Assembly (NCBI GenBank): GCA_963845515.1 | Contig: CAWJSR010000057.1 | Span: 1 to 64,000 of the forward strand | Length of the DNA stretch: 64,000 nt | Origin: an uncultured delta proteobacterium | GTDB taxonomy: Bacteria; Myxococcota; Myxococcia; Myxococcales; Anaeromyxobacteraceae | Reading direction: 5' to 3' | In this document: in pieces, positions 32,910 to 43,639 of the stretch | How positions within the stretch are numbered: the first letter of the stretch is position 1 | How the letters are laid out: the number at the start of each line of letters is the position of its first letter | The notes under the pieces: model-generated | Database searches by the model: none | What the model saw: only the letters and a program-made list of their open reading frames with translations | Told to the model about the DNA's origin: nothing | Translations under genes and position numbers: made by a program

Positions 32910-32989
32910 ATTCGGGTGCTGCGGGGGTCGACGCGACGCGGGTGCTTCACCGTGCAGCGGCGCGCCCGCCCGGCGGGGGAGAGGGAGGA

Positions 32990-33658
32990 TCAGTCACGGT
33001 GGCGCTGCAGCGCTTCGACGATCGAGGCCACCTCGCGAACCGAGGCAGCGTAGTGACGAGGGGCAGCGACCGCGAGCTGGTCCCGGGTGCACGCCCCCCA
33101 GAGCGCGGCCACGCTCACCACCCCAGCAGCGTTCCCAGCCGCCACGTCGTGCGGCGAGTCCCCGACGAAGAGCGCCTCTTCAGGGCTCCGATCGAGCCGC
33201 CGCGCCGCCAGCCAGACGCCGTCTGGCGCAGGCTTGGCAGGGACCCCGGAGTCGGCCGCCACGACCGCCCCCATGAAGCCATCGAGCCCGACGTGCCGGA
33301 GCGACCGGTGCGCGCCGACCTCGATCTTGGCCGTGACGACGCCGAGCGGGTGGCCAGCGGCGTGGAGCGCGCGCACGACCTCGGTCGCGCCGTCGAAGAC
33401 GCGCGTGAGCCGGTCGTGGTTGGCGAGCCAGAAGGTCCGGTAGCGCTGGAAGAGCGGCTCGACGTCCTCCGGCGCCACGGCGAACTGGGCGAGCTGATCC
33501 CTGAGCGGCGTGCCGATCCCCGCGATCCACTCGGCGTCGGTCGGGGCGCGCGCGTAGCCCTCGAACGCGTGGCGCACCGACGTCAGGATGAACGGCACCG
33601 TGTCGAGGAGCGTTCCGTCGAGGTCGAAGAGGACGGCGATTGGGCGGCTGGGCATCAT
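32990..33658 (-). CDS. HAD-superfamily hydrolase (PpaX/Gph-like)
   Basis: FDLDGTLLDT, VVT, KPAP and VGDSPHD motifs. Confidence 0.9.
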   Translation of the reverse strand: MMPSRPIAVLFDLDGTLLDTVPFILTSVRHAFEGYARAPTDAEWIAGIGTPLRDQLAQFAVAPEDVEPLFQRYRTFWLANHDRLTRVFDGATEVVRALHAAGHPLGVVTAKIEVGAHRSLRHVGLDGFMGAVVAADSGVPAKPAPDGVWLAARRLDRSPEEALFVGDSPHDVAAGNAAGVVSVAALWGACTRDQLAVAAPRHYAASVREVASIVEALQRHRD

Positions 33659-33667
33659 GGAAATGAT

Positions 33668-33709
33668 AAGGGCCGGGGCTCCCGGTTTCCCGTGGAGTTC
33701 CCGGCCCTT
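33668..33709 (-). terminator. Hairpin downstream of tRNA-Val
   Basis: aagggccggggctcc...ggagttcccggccctt inverted repeat. Confidence 0.55.
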
Positions 33710-33714
33710 CTGTG

Positions 33715-33786
33715 TGGGCGCCGCAGGTTTCGAACCTGCGACCCCCGCCGTGTGAAGGCGGTGCTCTACCGCTGAGCTAGGCGCCC
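33715..33786 (-). tRNA. tRNA-Val (anticodon CAC); CCA not encoded
   Basis: GGGCGCC..GCTC/GAGC..CCGCC-TTCACAC-GGCGG..GCAGG-TTCGAAA-CCTGC-GGCGCCC-A. Confidence 0.95.
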
Positions 33787-33829
33787 GGCTTTGCGAGGCG
33801 GCGGAGTATGCCGTCGGCCCCCTACCCTG

Positions 33830-34186
33830 TCAACGAGGTTCCACGTCCTCCGGATCCTCGGGATCGCGCCAACCCGGCCGCGGGCGCGACGCCCGCTGCG
33901 CGCGCGCCATGGCCTCGAGCCGTGCGCTGAGATCGCGCGCCTGGCGCTGGATCCGCTCCACCTGCTCCTCGAGCTCCCGCAGGTCCTCGCGGCTGAAGCC
34001 ACCCGCCGCGCGCGCCGCCGACGCCTGCAGCGCCTCGAGCTTGCGCACCGCCTTCTGCGCGAGCTCGGACGCGGCCGCGATGGCCTGCTGGCCGCGCGGA
34101 TCGCCGAGCAGCTTCTCCGAGGCGTCGATCGCCAGCTTCACGCCGAACTCGAGCAGCTCCGACGCCAGCCCCTTCTTCGTCACCAT
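33830..34186 (-). CDS. Small coiled-coil hypothetical protein
   Basis: Coiled-coil SREDLRELEEQVERIQRQARDLSARLE; downstream of the Hsp70 gene. Confidence 0.6.
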   Translation of the reverse strand: MVTKKGLASELLEFGVKLAIDASEKLLGDPRGQQAIAAASELAQKAVRKLEALQASAARAAGGFSREDLRELEEQVERIQRQARDLSARLEAMARAQRASRPRPGWRDPEDPEDVEPR

Positions 34187-34199
34187 CACGGTCCCCGCT

Positions 34200-35823
<1,624 letters not shown>

Positions 35824-35903
35824 GACGCCCGATCCAATAGCACACCCGCGCCCGGCCCCCGAATCCGGCGGCCGTGGGCCGCGTCCCCTGATCACGCGCC
35901 AGC

Positions 35904-38051
35904 CTAGAAGGGGACGTCTCCGCCGCCCTCGTCGCCTCCGGGCTGCTCCTCCGGCTCCTCGGCGGAGCCGAAGAGCGCCGGGAGGCTCCGCGGATCTCGC
36001 GCCGGCAGCGCGGCCGCCTGCGGCGCAGGGGGGAGCGGCGGTGGGACGCTCCCCTCCTCGAGCTGCCAGCGCTCGTAGATCGCCGGCTCGGCAGGGAGCT
36101 CCTCCAGGAAGCGCGACGCCTTCATCACCACCCGCTCACGGTCCCTCGGCGCGGCCACCATCGGATACGTCAGGTAGAGCTCGTCCTTCGCGCGCGTCGC
36201 GGCGACGTAGAAGAGCCGCCGCTCCTCCTCCTCGCCGTCGCGGTCCCTCAGCGCCTGGGCGCTCGGGAAGCGCCCGTCGGCGAGCCAGACCACGAAGACG
36301 GCGCGCCACTCCAGCCCCTTCGCCTGGTGGACCGACGAGAGGACCATCTTCTCGTCGGGCTCGCCGCCTTCCGAGACCGTCTCCGCCGAGATCTCGGTCA
36401 GGAGCGCGATCTCGGCGAGGAAGGCCTCCGTGTCCTCGTAGCCGCGCGCGTACTCGGCGAGCTGCCGGATGTCCTCGATCCGCGAGTCGGCGTTCAGGAA
36501 CTCGGCGCGCAGGTACTCCTCGTACCCCTCGTCGAGCACCTTCTCGATCGCCTCGCCGGGCAGGTCGCTGGTGGGGCGGCGCGTCAGCGCCCGGAGCAGC
36601 TCCACCAGCCGCCGATAGCCCGGCCTGCCCTTCGGCGGGACCTGGGAGGCCACCTCCGGCGAGGGGAGCTCGTCGACCGCTCCCTGCCCGCGCCGGCGCC
36701 GGGCCTCGAAGGCCGTCCAGACCGCCTCGGCCGTGGCCGTGCCGACGCCGGGAGTGAGCCGCAGGCAGCGCTTCAGCGCGAGCTCGTCCCCCGGGTTCCG
36801 CGCGAAGCGGAGGTGGGCGAGCACGTCCTTCACGTGCGCCGCCTCGAAGAAGCGGACGCCGCTGCGGACGACGAACGGGATCCCGCGGCGCGCCAGCTCG
36901 AACTGGATCTCCATCGAGTGGTGGTGGGCGCGGTAGAGGACGGCGATCTCCGGGAGCGGGATCCCCTCGTCCCGCAGCTCCAGGACGCGCTGGGCCACGA
37001 ACGCCGCCTGCTGCTGGACCTCGCGACAGGGCACCACGGCGGGCAGCGTGCCGTCGGGACGGACGCTCCGCAGCTCCTTCTCGAACTGCCGGACGTTGGC
37101 GGCGATGGAGGCGTTCGCGAGCGCCAGCACCTGTGGCGTCGACCGGTAGTTGATCGTGAGCGCGTACCGCCGCGCGTCCGGGTAGCGCTTCTCGAACTCC
37201 AGGATGTTGGCGAAGTGAGCCCCGCGGAAGGAGTAGATGCTCTGGGCGTCGTCCCCGACCACGCAGAGGCTGCGGTGCTCCTGGACCAGCAGGTCCACCA
37301 CGTCCCCCTGGAGCCGGTTGGTGTCCTGGTACTCGTCCACCAGGACGTGGCGGAAGCGCTCCGCCAGGACCCTCCGGACCGGCTCCCGCTCGGCGAGCAG
37401 GATCTTCCAGTTGAGGAGCAGGTCGTCGAAGTCCATCGCGTTCAGCTCGTGCTTGCGCTCGGCATAGCGCCGCGCCACCCGCAGGACGTCGTCACCGAGC
37501 GGCAGGAACTGGGGGCGCCGGTCCGCGAGCACGTCTGCGAGGGGCGTCTGCGTGTTGACCGCCATCGACACGAGGTCGATCAGCACGTCTGCCTTCGGGA
37601 AGCGGCGGGCCCCCACCGCCAGGCCACAGTCGGCGATCGCGGCGCTCATCACGTCGCGAGAGTCCTCCCGATCCAGGATCGAGTAGCCCCGCTGGTAGCC
37701 GAGCTGCTCCCCGTGCTCCCTCAGCACCTGGTGCGCGACGTGGTGGAAGGTGCCGCCGCTGATGCGCCGCGTGTCGACGCGCGCCACCTCCTCGACCCTG
37801 CGGAGCATCTCGCGGGCCGCCTTGTTGGTGAACGTCAGCAGCAGCAGCGACTCGGGGGAGATGCCGTCGTGCAGCAGCCGGGCGACCCTCCACGTGAGGG
37901 TCCGCGTCTTGCCGGAGCCGGCCCCCGCGACGACGAGGATCGGCCCGTCGCCGGCCTCCACGACGGCGATCTGCTCCTCGTTCAGCAGCCCCTGGTATCC
38001 GAGCGTTCCGGACGGGCGGGGCTGCGGCTGCAGTGTGTAGCGACGGGACAT
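35904..38051 (-). CDS. UvrD/PcrA family ATP-dependent DNA helicase
   Basis: AGAGSGKT, TFTNKAA, VDEYQD, VGDDAQSIYSFRGA, HQAKGLEW and EERRLFYVA motifs. Confidence 0.95.
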   Translation of the reverse strand: MSRRYTLQPQPRPSGTLGYQGLLNEEQIAVVEAGDGPILVVAGAGSGKTRTLTWRVARLLHDGISPESLLLLTFTNKAAREMLRRVEEVARVDTRRISGGTFHHVAHQVLREHGEQLGYQRGYSILDREDSRDVMSAAIADCGLAVGARRFPKADVLIDLVSMAVNTQTPLADVLADRRPQFLPLGDDVLRVARRYAERKHELNAMDFDDLLLNWKILLAEREPVRRVLAERFRHVLVDEYQDTNRLQGDVVDLLVQEHRSLCVVGDDAQSIYSFRGAHFANILEFEKRYPDARRYALTINYRSTPQVLALANASIAANVRQFEKELRSVRPDGTLPAVVPCREVQQQAAFVAQRVLELRDEGIPLPEIAVLYRAHHHSMEIQFELARRGIPFVVRSGVRFFEAAHVKDVLAHLRFARNPGDELALKRCLRLTPGVGTATAEAVWTAFEARRRRGQGAVDELPSPEVASQVPPKGRPGYRRLVELLRALTRRPTSDLPGEAIEKVLDEGYEEYLRAEFLNADSRIEDIRQLAEYARGYEDTEAFLAEIALLTEISAETVSEGGEPDEKMVLSSVHQAKGLEWRAVFVVWLADGRFPSAQALRDRDGEEEERRLFYVAATRAKDELYLTYPMVAAPRDRERVVMKASRFLEELPAEPAIYERWQLEEGSVPPPLPPAPQAAALPARDPRSLPALFGSAEEPEEQPGGDEGGGDVPF

Positions 38052-38183
38052 GCGTTCAGGTGAACCTAGCAGGCGATATCACCACGGTCAAACCGCCCGT
38101 CCGCGGCTCGGCTCCTTCACCCAGGGCAGACCGGCTGGACGAAAAATGGACGGCGCGCGCGCCGTCGATAGCATCCGACATCG

Positions 38184-38840
38184 ATGTCGCCGCGCAACCC
38201 CGTCCCCACAGCGCTCGCCCTGCTCCTCTCGGCCTGCGCCACGGCACGGCCGACCGCGCGCCCCGCCCTGCACCCGCCCGCCCAGGAGTCCCGGGCCGGC
38301 GTCCGCGAACCGGACGCCGGCCCGGTCCCTCCGATCGCGCGCTCCGCCCCCGCCCAGGCTCCACGGGAGATCACCGTGCGGACCGCGATCGAGACGGCGC
38401 GCGGCCTCGTGGGGCAGCGCGAGATCTCGCTCGACGGCGCCCGCTTCGGCGACGACTGCACCGCCCTCGTGCGCGCGGCCTTCTCGAGGGCTGGGGCCCC
38501 GATGCCATCAGGGGCGACCAGCGTCGCGGCGATCCATCAGCTCGCGCGTGAGCGCGGGCTCTTGCGCCGCGGCGCCCCCGCGGCGGGCGACCTCGTCTTC
38601 CTGTCGGACCGACCCGGGGGAGCCCCCGCGCACGTGGGGATCGTAGAGACGGTCGCCGGCGACGGCACTGCGCTGGTCCTGCACCGGACCGGGCGCGGCG
38701 TCGCGCGACTTCGCGTCAACGCAGCGCAGCCCTGGAAGCTGCGGAGCGACGCGGGGCGTCTGCTCAACGACCCGCTGGTGACCGGCGCGGGTCGGCTCCC
38801 GGCGGGCCGCCTCTTCGTTGCCTGGGCCTCGTTCGTCTAG
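38184..38840 (+). CDS. NlpC/P60 (CHAP-like) lipoprotein
   Basis: LLSAC lipobox; DCTALV, GDLVF and HVGIV motifs. Confidence 0.8.
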   Translation: MSPRNPVPTALALLLSACATARPTARPALHPPAQESRAGVREPDAGPVPPIARSAPAQAPREITVRTAIETARGLVGQREISLDGARFGDDCTALVRAAFSRAGAPMPSGATSVAAIHQLARERGLLRRGAPAAGDLVFLSDRPGGAPAHVGIVETVAGDGTALVLHRTGRGVARLRVNAAQPWKLRSDAGRLLNDPLVTGAGRLPAGRLFVAWASFV

Positions 38841-40369
38841 CCGCCGTTGTCCATCCACGGCTCCCGCTCCTGGACCGGCGCCCGCGCAGGGGGCGCCGGT
38901 GGCGGTTTCGCCGGAGGAGCCGCTGCAGGCGCAGGGGCCACGGCAGGAGCGGTGGGCGGAGCGGCAGCGGGGGGCGAGGCCGGCGCAGTAGCCGGGCCAG
39001 CGGAGGGAGCGGGCCGGGCCGGGGCAACGACGGGGGCTCCGGGTGCTCCGCCAGGAGCGTGAGGAGCCGGAACGGCGGCAGGGCCCGGCGCTGCTGCGCC
39101 TGCAGGGGCCGGGCGCGGCGCCACCCACGGCCGGGGAGCGGCTGCTGGAGCGGCAGCAGGTGCGGCTTCGGCAGCCGGAGCGGCGGGCGCCGCAGGAGCC
39201 ACCAGCTCTCCGCGGAGACGGCTCCCTCGCCTATGGCGCGGATTGGCGGCGAGCAGCCCGTCCAGCGCGGCCGCGGCGGCCTCCCGCCTTCCGAGCGCGG
39301 CATACGTGCGGGCCAGGATGAACCGCGCCCGCAGGATCTCCGGATGGGCGGCGACGAGCGCCGTGAGCTTGCTCACGGCCCGCTCGCGCGGCTCCTTGCC
39401 GTCCTCGCGCGCGTCGAGCCACGCCTCCGCCAGCTGCATCCACGGATCGCGATCGGCAGCCCCGGCGGCGGCGCGGATGAACCGCAGCGCCTGCTCCCGG
39501 TCCCCGGTCGCCGCCGAGTGGATCGCGAGTGCCCGCGCCACGGCGATCTCGCCGACGCGCTCGTTCGAGAACTGCTTCAGCGCGCCGTAGGCACGCTCGG
39601 CGAGCGACCGGGCCGTCGCCTGCCGCGGCTCCACCTGGACCCGCAGCGCCTCCACCTCGGCCGACAGCGCGGCGAGGGTCTCGGGCGGCGCAGGCGGCTG
39701 CGCCGCGGCGACCCGATCCCGCTCGGCCACCTTGAGCGCGAGCCGCTGGGCAGGCACGGCCACCTCCTCGAGCAGTCCAGCCGCGAGCAGGAGCTGCGCG
39801 AGCGCGCGGTCGGCCTCGATCGTGTCGATCGCGGCCCCGCTGCGTGCGACCTCATCCAGCGAGACGGTGGCCCTCTCCAGGCTGTCGATGTCGTCGAGGG
39901 CGACGAGCGCCATCGCCTCCGAGTGGCGCCGCGTGGCGGCCGGGTCGACGCGCCGGCCGATGATCATGAGCGCCGCGGTCGCGGTCACCGCGACGCCGAC
40001 GGCGACGAGCGGGATCAGCCAGCGGAGCCTCGCGTTCGTCTTGAGGCGCGCCTCGAACGCCCCCATCGTGTCGCGGTGCGCCCTCGGGGGCCTCACCGAG
40101 GAGTGGGCGCTCGAGGGCGGCGCCGGGCGGTAGATCGACGGCTGCCGCGAGGAGCCGGCCGGTGTGTCGGAGTGAGGCTGGCGCGGCGGCGCTACCGGGT
40201 GAGGGGGCGGTGCGGCGGGCACGCCTACGAGGGTCCGGCCCGCCGCGCGCGGCGGAACGGCGTTGAAGACGTGCTGGCACTTGGTGCACTGGACCGGGGA
40301 CCCCTCGGGGGCGAGGAGTGACTCGTCCAGTTCGTAGGTCGTAGAGCAGCGTTCGCAGCGGATGTTCAA
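38837..40369 (-). CDS. Zinc-ribbon (MJ0042-type), TM and TPR-like protein
   Basis: IRCERCSTTY...VQCTKCQHVF, one TM helix, helical repeats and a Pro/Ala tail; TTG start. Confidence 0.8.
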   Translation of the reverse strand: MNIRCERCSTTYELDESLLAPEGSPVQCTKCQHVFNAVPPRAAGRTLVGVPAAPPPHPVAPPRQPHSDTPAGSSRQPSIYRPAPPSSAHSSVRPPRAHRDTMGAFEARLKTNARLRWLIPLVAVGVAVTATAALMIIGRRVDPAATRRHSEAMALVALDDIDSLERATVSLDEVARSGAAIDTIEADRALAQLLLAAGLLEEVAVPAQRLALKVAERDRVAAAQPPAPPETLAALSAEVEALRVQVEPRQATARSLAERAYGALKQFSNERVGEIAVARALAIHSAATGDREQALRFIRAAAGAADRDPWMQLAEAWLDAREDGKEPRERAVSKLTALVAAHPEILRARFILARTYAALGRREAAAAALDGLLAANPRHRRGSRLRGELVAPAAPAAPAAEAAPAAAPAAAPRPWVAPRPAPAGAAAPGPAAVPAPHAPGGAPGAPVVAPARPAPSAGPATAPASPPAAAPPTAPAVAPAPAAAPPAKPPPAPPARAPVQEREPWMDNGG

Positions 40370-40400
40370 AGCGGCGCCTCCGGGCGCCGCGAGACTACCT

Positions 40401-40820
40401 CTAGTCCGCTTCCTCCGCCATGCCGACCCGTGGCGGCGCCACCATGAGCCAGGGGCGCGATCGCTCCAGCCGCACCGGGCCGATCCCGCGAACCCGCAGC
40501 AGCGCCTCGACCGACCGGAAGGGACCGGCCTCATCGCGGTCGGCGACGACCTCGGCCCCCAGCGCCGGCGAGAGCCCCGGGACGAAACCAAGCTCCCGGG
40601 CGGTCGCGCGGTTCAGGTCGAGCGGCAGCCCAAGCAGCAGCCTCTCGTCCCCGGAGAGGTCGCGCCGCACACCCCCGTCCGCGGCGCAGCCCAGCCAATG
40701 CCGGGGTGCGGCTCCCCGGCCCTCCTCGGCGCACCGACGCGGGTGAGCCGCAGGTGCGTGGCGCAGGAGCGCTGGGAGCAGCAGGACGGCGACGAGCAGG
40801 GAGAGGGCGACGCGGCGCAT
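40401..40820 (-). CDS. ComEA-like helix-hairpin-helix protein
   Basis: LDLNRATAREL..VPGL...GPFRSVEALLRVRGIGP. Confidence 0.82.
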   Translation of the reverse strand: MRRVALSLLVAVLLLPALLRHAPAAHPRRCAEEGRGAAPRHWLGCAADGGVRRDLSGDERLLLGLPLDLNRATARELGFVPGLSPALGAEVVADRDEAGPFRSVEALLRVRGIGPVRLERSRPWLMVAPPRVGMAEEAD

Positions 40821-40890
40821 GGCCGCGAGAGGAGCAAGGGAGGGGCCATCATCCGGAGTGCCCCCTCACCCCACCCTCTCCCCCGGTGGG

Positions 40891-42158
40891 CAGGGCGAGC
40901 GCATCTAAACCCCATTGAGATCGATCACTTGGCCGATGGGCTCGACAGAGCCCTCGGCCCGTGATCGGTTTCGGTGATGGGAAGACACTCGCCGCCTCAC
41001 TCGCTGCAGCTCGTCGTCGAGCACTTCAGGCCCCTGAAGGACCCCCGCATCGATCGGACGAAGCTCCATCCGCTCGAGAACATTCTCGTGATGACGCTCT
41101 CTGCCTCGATCTGTGGCGCGGAGGGGTGGGACGAGATCGCCAGGTTCACCGAGGCGCGCGAGGAGTGGTACGCGACCTTCCTGGACATGCCGGGCGGTGC
41201 GCCGTCGGCCGACACCTTCCGGAGGCTCTTCGAGCGCCTGTCACCGGTGAAGTTCGAGGAGTGCTTCCGAAGCTGGGTCGACGCGCTCGCGGAGGACTTC
41301 GCGGGCGAGGTCGTCGCGATCGACGGGAAGACGCTACGAGGAGCGGTCGAGAAGGCGGGGAAGAAGACAAAACTGCACATGGTCCACGTCTGGGCCACGA
41401 CGCAGCAGCTTCTCCTCGCACAGCGGGCGGTCAAAGGCGGCGCGTCCGGCGAGATGGCCGCCATCCCGAAGCTCCTCGAGGTGCTCGACCTGGAGGGCGC
41501 GATCATCACCACGGATGCCAACGGTTGCACCGCTGCTGTGACGCGCGCCATCATCGAGAACAAGGCCGACTACGTCCTGGCGGTGAAGGGCAACCGGGGT
41601 CGCTTCTACGATCACGTCGTGAACGCCTTCGCTGGCCGACAGCGATTTGCCGCGGACCGCAAGCACGCCACGATCGACGAAGGCCATGGCCGCAAAGAGA
41701 CCCGCGTCGTGAGCGTCCTCGAGCCCGAGGACTGGCCGTGGCAGACCAAGAACAACGGCGAGTGGGCCGGGCTCCGCACGGCGGCGCGCATCGAGCGCAC
41801 GCGAGAGATCGTCGGCGGGAAAACCAGCACCGAGGTCCACTACTTCGTGTCCAGCCTTCCCCCCGACGCCAAGAGAGTCGCCGAGGCGATTCGAGCTCAC
41901 TGGAGCATCGAGAACGGACTCCACTGGTCGCTCGACGTCGCCTTCGGCGACGACCGCCGCCGCGTGCGCGACGCTCGGGCTGCCGAGAACCTCGCGACCA
42001 TCGACCGGATCGCCCTGCTGCTCCTCAAGCACGCGCCGGCACGCACGGACCGGAAGCTCAGCGTCCGGATGAGCCGCAAGGTGGCCGCCTGGGACGTCAC
42101 CTACACGGCCCAGGTCCTAACTTCTGGGAAATCGATCCCTTAAGATGCGCTCGCCCTG
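40891..42158 (+). mobile_element. ISAs1-family insertion sequence (1268 bp)
   Basis: 16-bp perfect TIRs CAGGGCGAGCGCATCT / AGATGCGCTCGCCCTG; 9-bp TSD CCCGGTGGG at 40882-40890 and 42159-42167. Confidence 0.93.
40977..42143 (+). CDS. ISAs1-family transposase
   Basis: DPR, PSADT, AIDGKTLRG, DYVLAVKGN, HGRKETR and HWSIENGLHWSLDVAF motifs. Confidence 0.95.
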   Translation: MGRHSPPHSLQLVVEHFRPLKDPRIDRTKLHPLENILVMTLSASICGAEGWDEIARFTEAREEWYATFLDMPGGAPSADTFRRLFERLSPVKFEECFRSWVDALAEDFAGEVVAIDGKTLRGAVEKAGKKTKLHMVHVWATTQQLLLAQRAVKGGASGEMAAIPKLLEVLDLEGAIITTDANGCTAAVTRAIIENKADYVLAVKGNRGRFYDHVVNAFAGRQRFAADRKHATIDEGHGRKETRVVSVLEPEDWPWQTKNNGEWAGLRTAARIERTREIVGGKTSTEVHYFVSSLPPDAKRVAEAIRAHWSIENGLHWSLDVAFGDDRRRVRDARAAENLATIDRIALLLLKHAPARTDRKLSVRMSRKVAAWDVTYTAQVLTSGKSIP

Positions 42159-42223
42159 CCCGGTGGGGGAGAGGGGAGACTCCGGTGAAGAGGTCTCCGG
42201 CGGGGAGAGTGTGCTTCCGGCGC

Positions 42224-43621
42224 CTAGGCGACCACGTTGTTCGCGAGCTCCACGCAGAGCGCCTGGTTCAGGGCGACCACGGCCTTCTTGTAGTCGGCGC
42301 GCTCGATGATGAACTGCATGTTGGTCTGCCGCAGCGACTGCGACACCGCGAGGACGTTGATCTCCGCGGCGGCGAGCGCCTGCGTGGCGCGCGCCAGGAC
42401 CCCCGGGAACGCGATGTTGGAGCCGATGGCGCAGACGATCGCGGACGGCACGACCTTGACCAGCTCGTACTTCTCCTCGAGCTCCTGGATGAAGGAGTCC
42501 TTCGCCGCCTTCTCCCAGATGACGTGGGTCATCGAGTTGGCGTTGGTCGCCTTCGCGATGTACGAGACGCCGTGCCGCTTGAAGGCCTCCATCACCCCGA
42601 GGTCGAAGCCGACCGTCCCCACCATCGAGGGGTCGTGGATCTCGAGCGCCACGACCTTGTCGGTCCCGGCGATCACCTCGACGCGGGCCTGCTTCCCCAC
42701 GAAGTCCTTGGTGACGAGCGTCCCCGGGTGGTCGGGCTCGAAGGTGTTCTTGAGCCGGATCGGGATGCCGGCCATCTCCATCGGCTTCGCGGCCTTCGGG
42801 TGGATCGCCTCCATCCCGACGTCGGCGAGCTGGTCGGCGACGTCGTAGTTGGTCCTCCCGACGACGATCGCGTTCTTCGTCCCCACGAGGACGGGATCGG
42901 CCGAGGAGAGGTGGAACTCCTTGTGGATCACCGCCTCGCTCGCCTTCAGCTCGACCGCCACCTTGCTGAAGGTGACCTCCGAGTAGCCGCGATCGAACTC
43001 GCGCATGATCCCTTCGACGCCCTTCGTGTAGCCGGTGACGATGACCACCTGGCTCGCGAGGTTCACGCCGTGGAAGCACTTGTGGATCCGGCCGTCGATC
43101 GTCAGGGCCTCGTCGTCGTCGAAGCCGGAGAGGTCCATCAGGAGCGCCTTGATCCCCTTCTTCTTCAGGATCTCGACGCTGTTGAAGGCGCTGTGCGCCT
43201 CGCCGATCGCGGCCAGCATCTCGCGGGCCGCCTGCAGGACCTCCTCCTTGCGGAGGTACCCGCTCGACAGCACGTGGCGCATCGAGTCGAGGTACGCCTT
43301 GAGCTCCTTCATCCGGCGCACGATGAAGCCGTCGGCTACCACCAGGTCGAGCCCGAGTGGCTCCATCCCCTCGTTGATCGCCTTGAGCTTCCCCGTCAGG
43401 GCGTCGAGCGCGGCGCCGTACTCGCCGCCCTCCGCGAACTTCGCGTAGACGCCCTGCTCGCCCGTCTTCTTGTGCTCGAGGAGCCAGTTGGTGACGCCCG
43501 AGTAGGCAGACACGATGTAGACCCGACCGTAGATCCGGTTCGGCTCGTGCAGGATGATGTTCTTGAGCACCTCGTCGAAGGCCGACATCGAGGTGCCGCC
43601 GATCTTCTCGACGCTGATCAT
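42224..43621 (-). CDS. Aspartate kinase (Ask_ect-like subfamily)
   Basis: VEKIGGTSMS, VSAYSGVTNWLLEHKKTG, FDRGYSE and HKEFHLSSADP motifs; ACT domain. Confidence 0.9.
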   Translation of the reverse strand: MISVEKIGGTSMSAFDEVLKNIILHEPNRIYGRVYIVSAYSGVTNWLLEHKKTGEQGVYAKFAEGGEYGAALDALTGKLKAINEGMEPLGLDLVVADGFIVRRMKELKAYLDSMRHVLSSGYLRKEEVLQAAREMLAAIGEAHSAFNSVEILKKKGIKALLMDLSGFDDDEALTIDGRIHKCFHGVNLASQVVIVTGYTKGVEGIMREFDRGYSEVTFSKVAVELKASEAVIHKEFHLSSADPVLVGTKNAIVVGRTNYDVADQLADVGMEAIHPKAAKPMEMAGIPIRLKNTFEPDHPGTLVTKDFVGKQARVEVIAGTDKVVALEIHDPSMVGTVGFDLGVMEAFKRHGVSYIAKATNANSMTHVIWEKAAKDSFIQELEEKYELVKVVPSAIVCAIGSNIAFPGVLARATQALAAAEINVLAVSQSLRQTNMQFIIERADYKKAVVALNQALCVELANNVVA

Positions 43622-43639
43622 TCGCGGATTCCCTAAGGG

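Noticed and set aside
33712..33715. tRNA-Val lacking an encoded CCA as a sign of a pseudo-tRNA or att site
   Set aside because: The cloverleaf is intact, CCA can be added post-transcriptionally, and I noticed no duplicate of its 3' end in the window.
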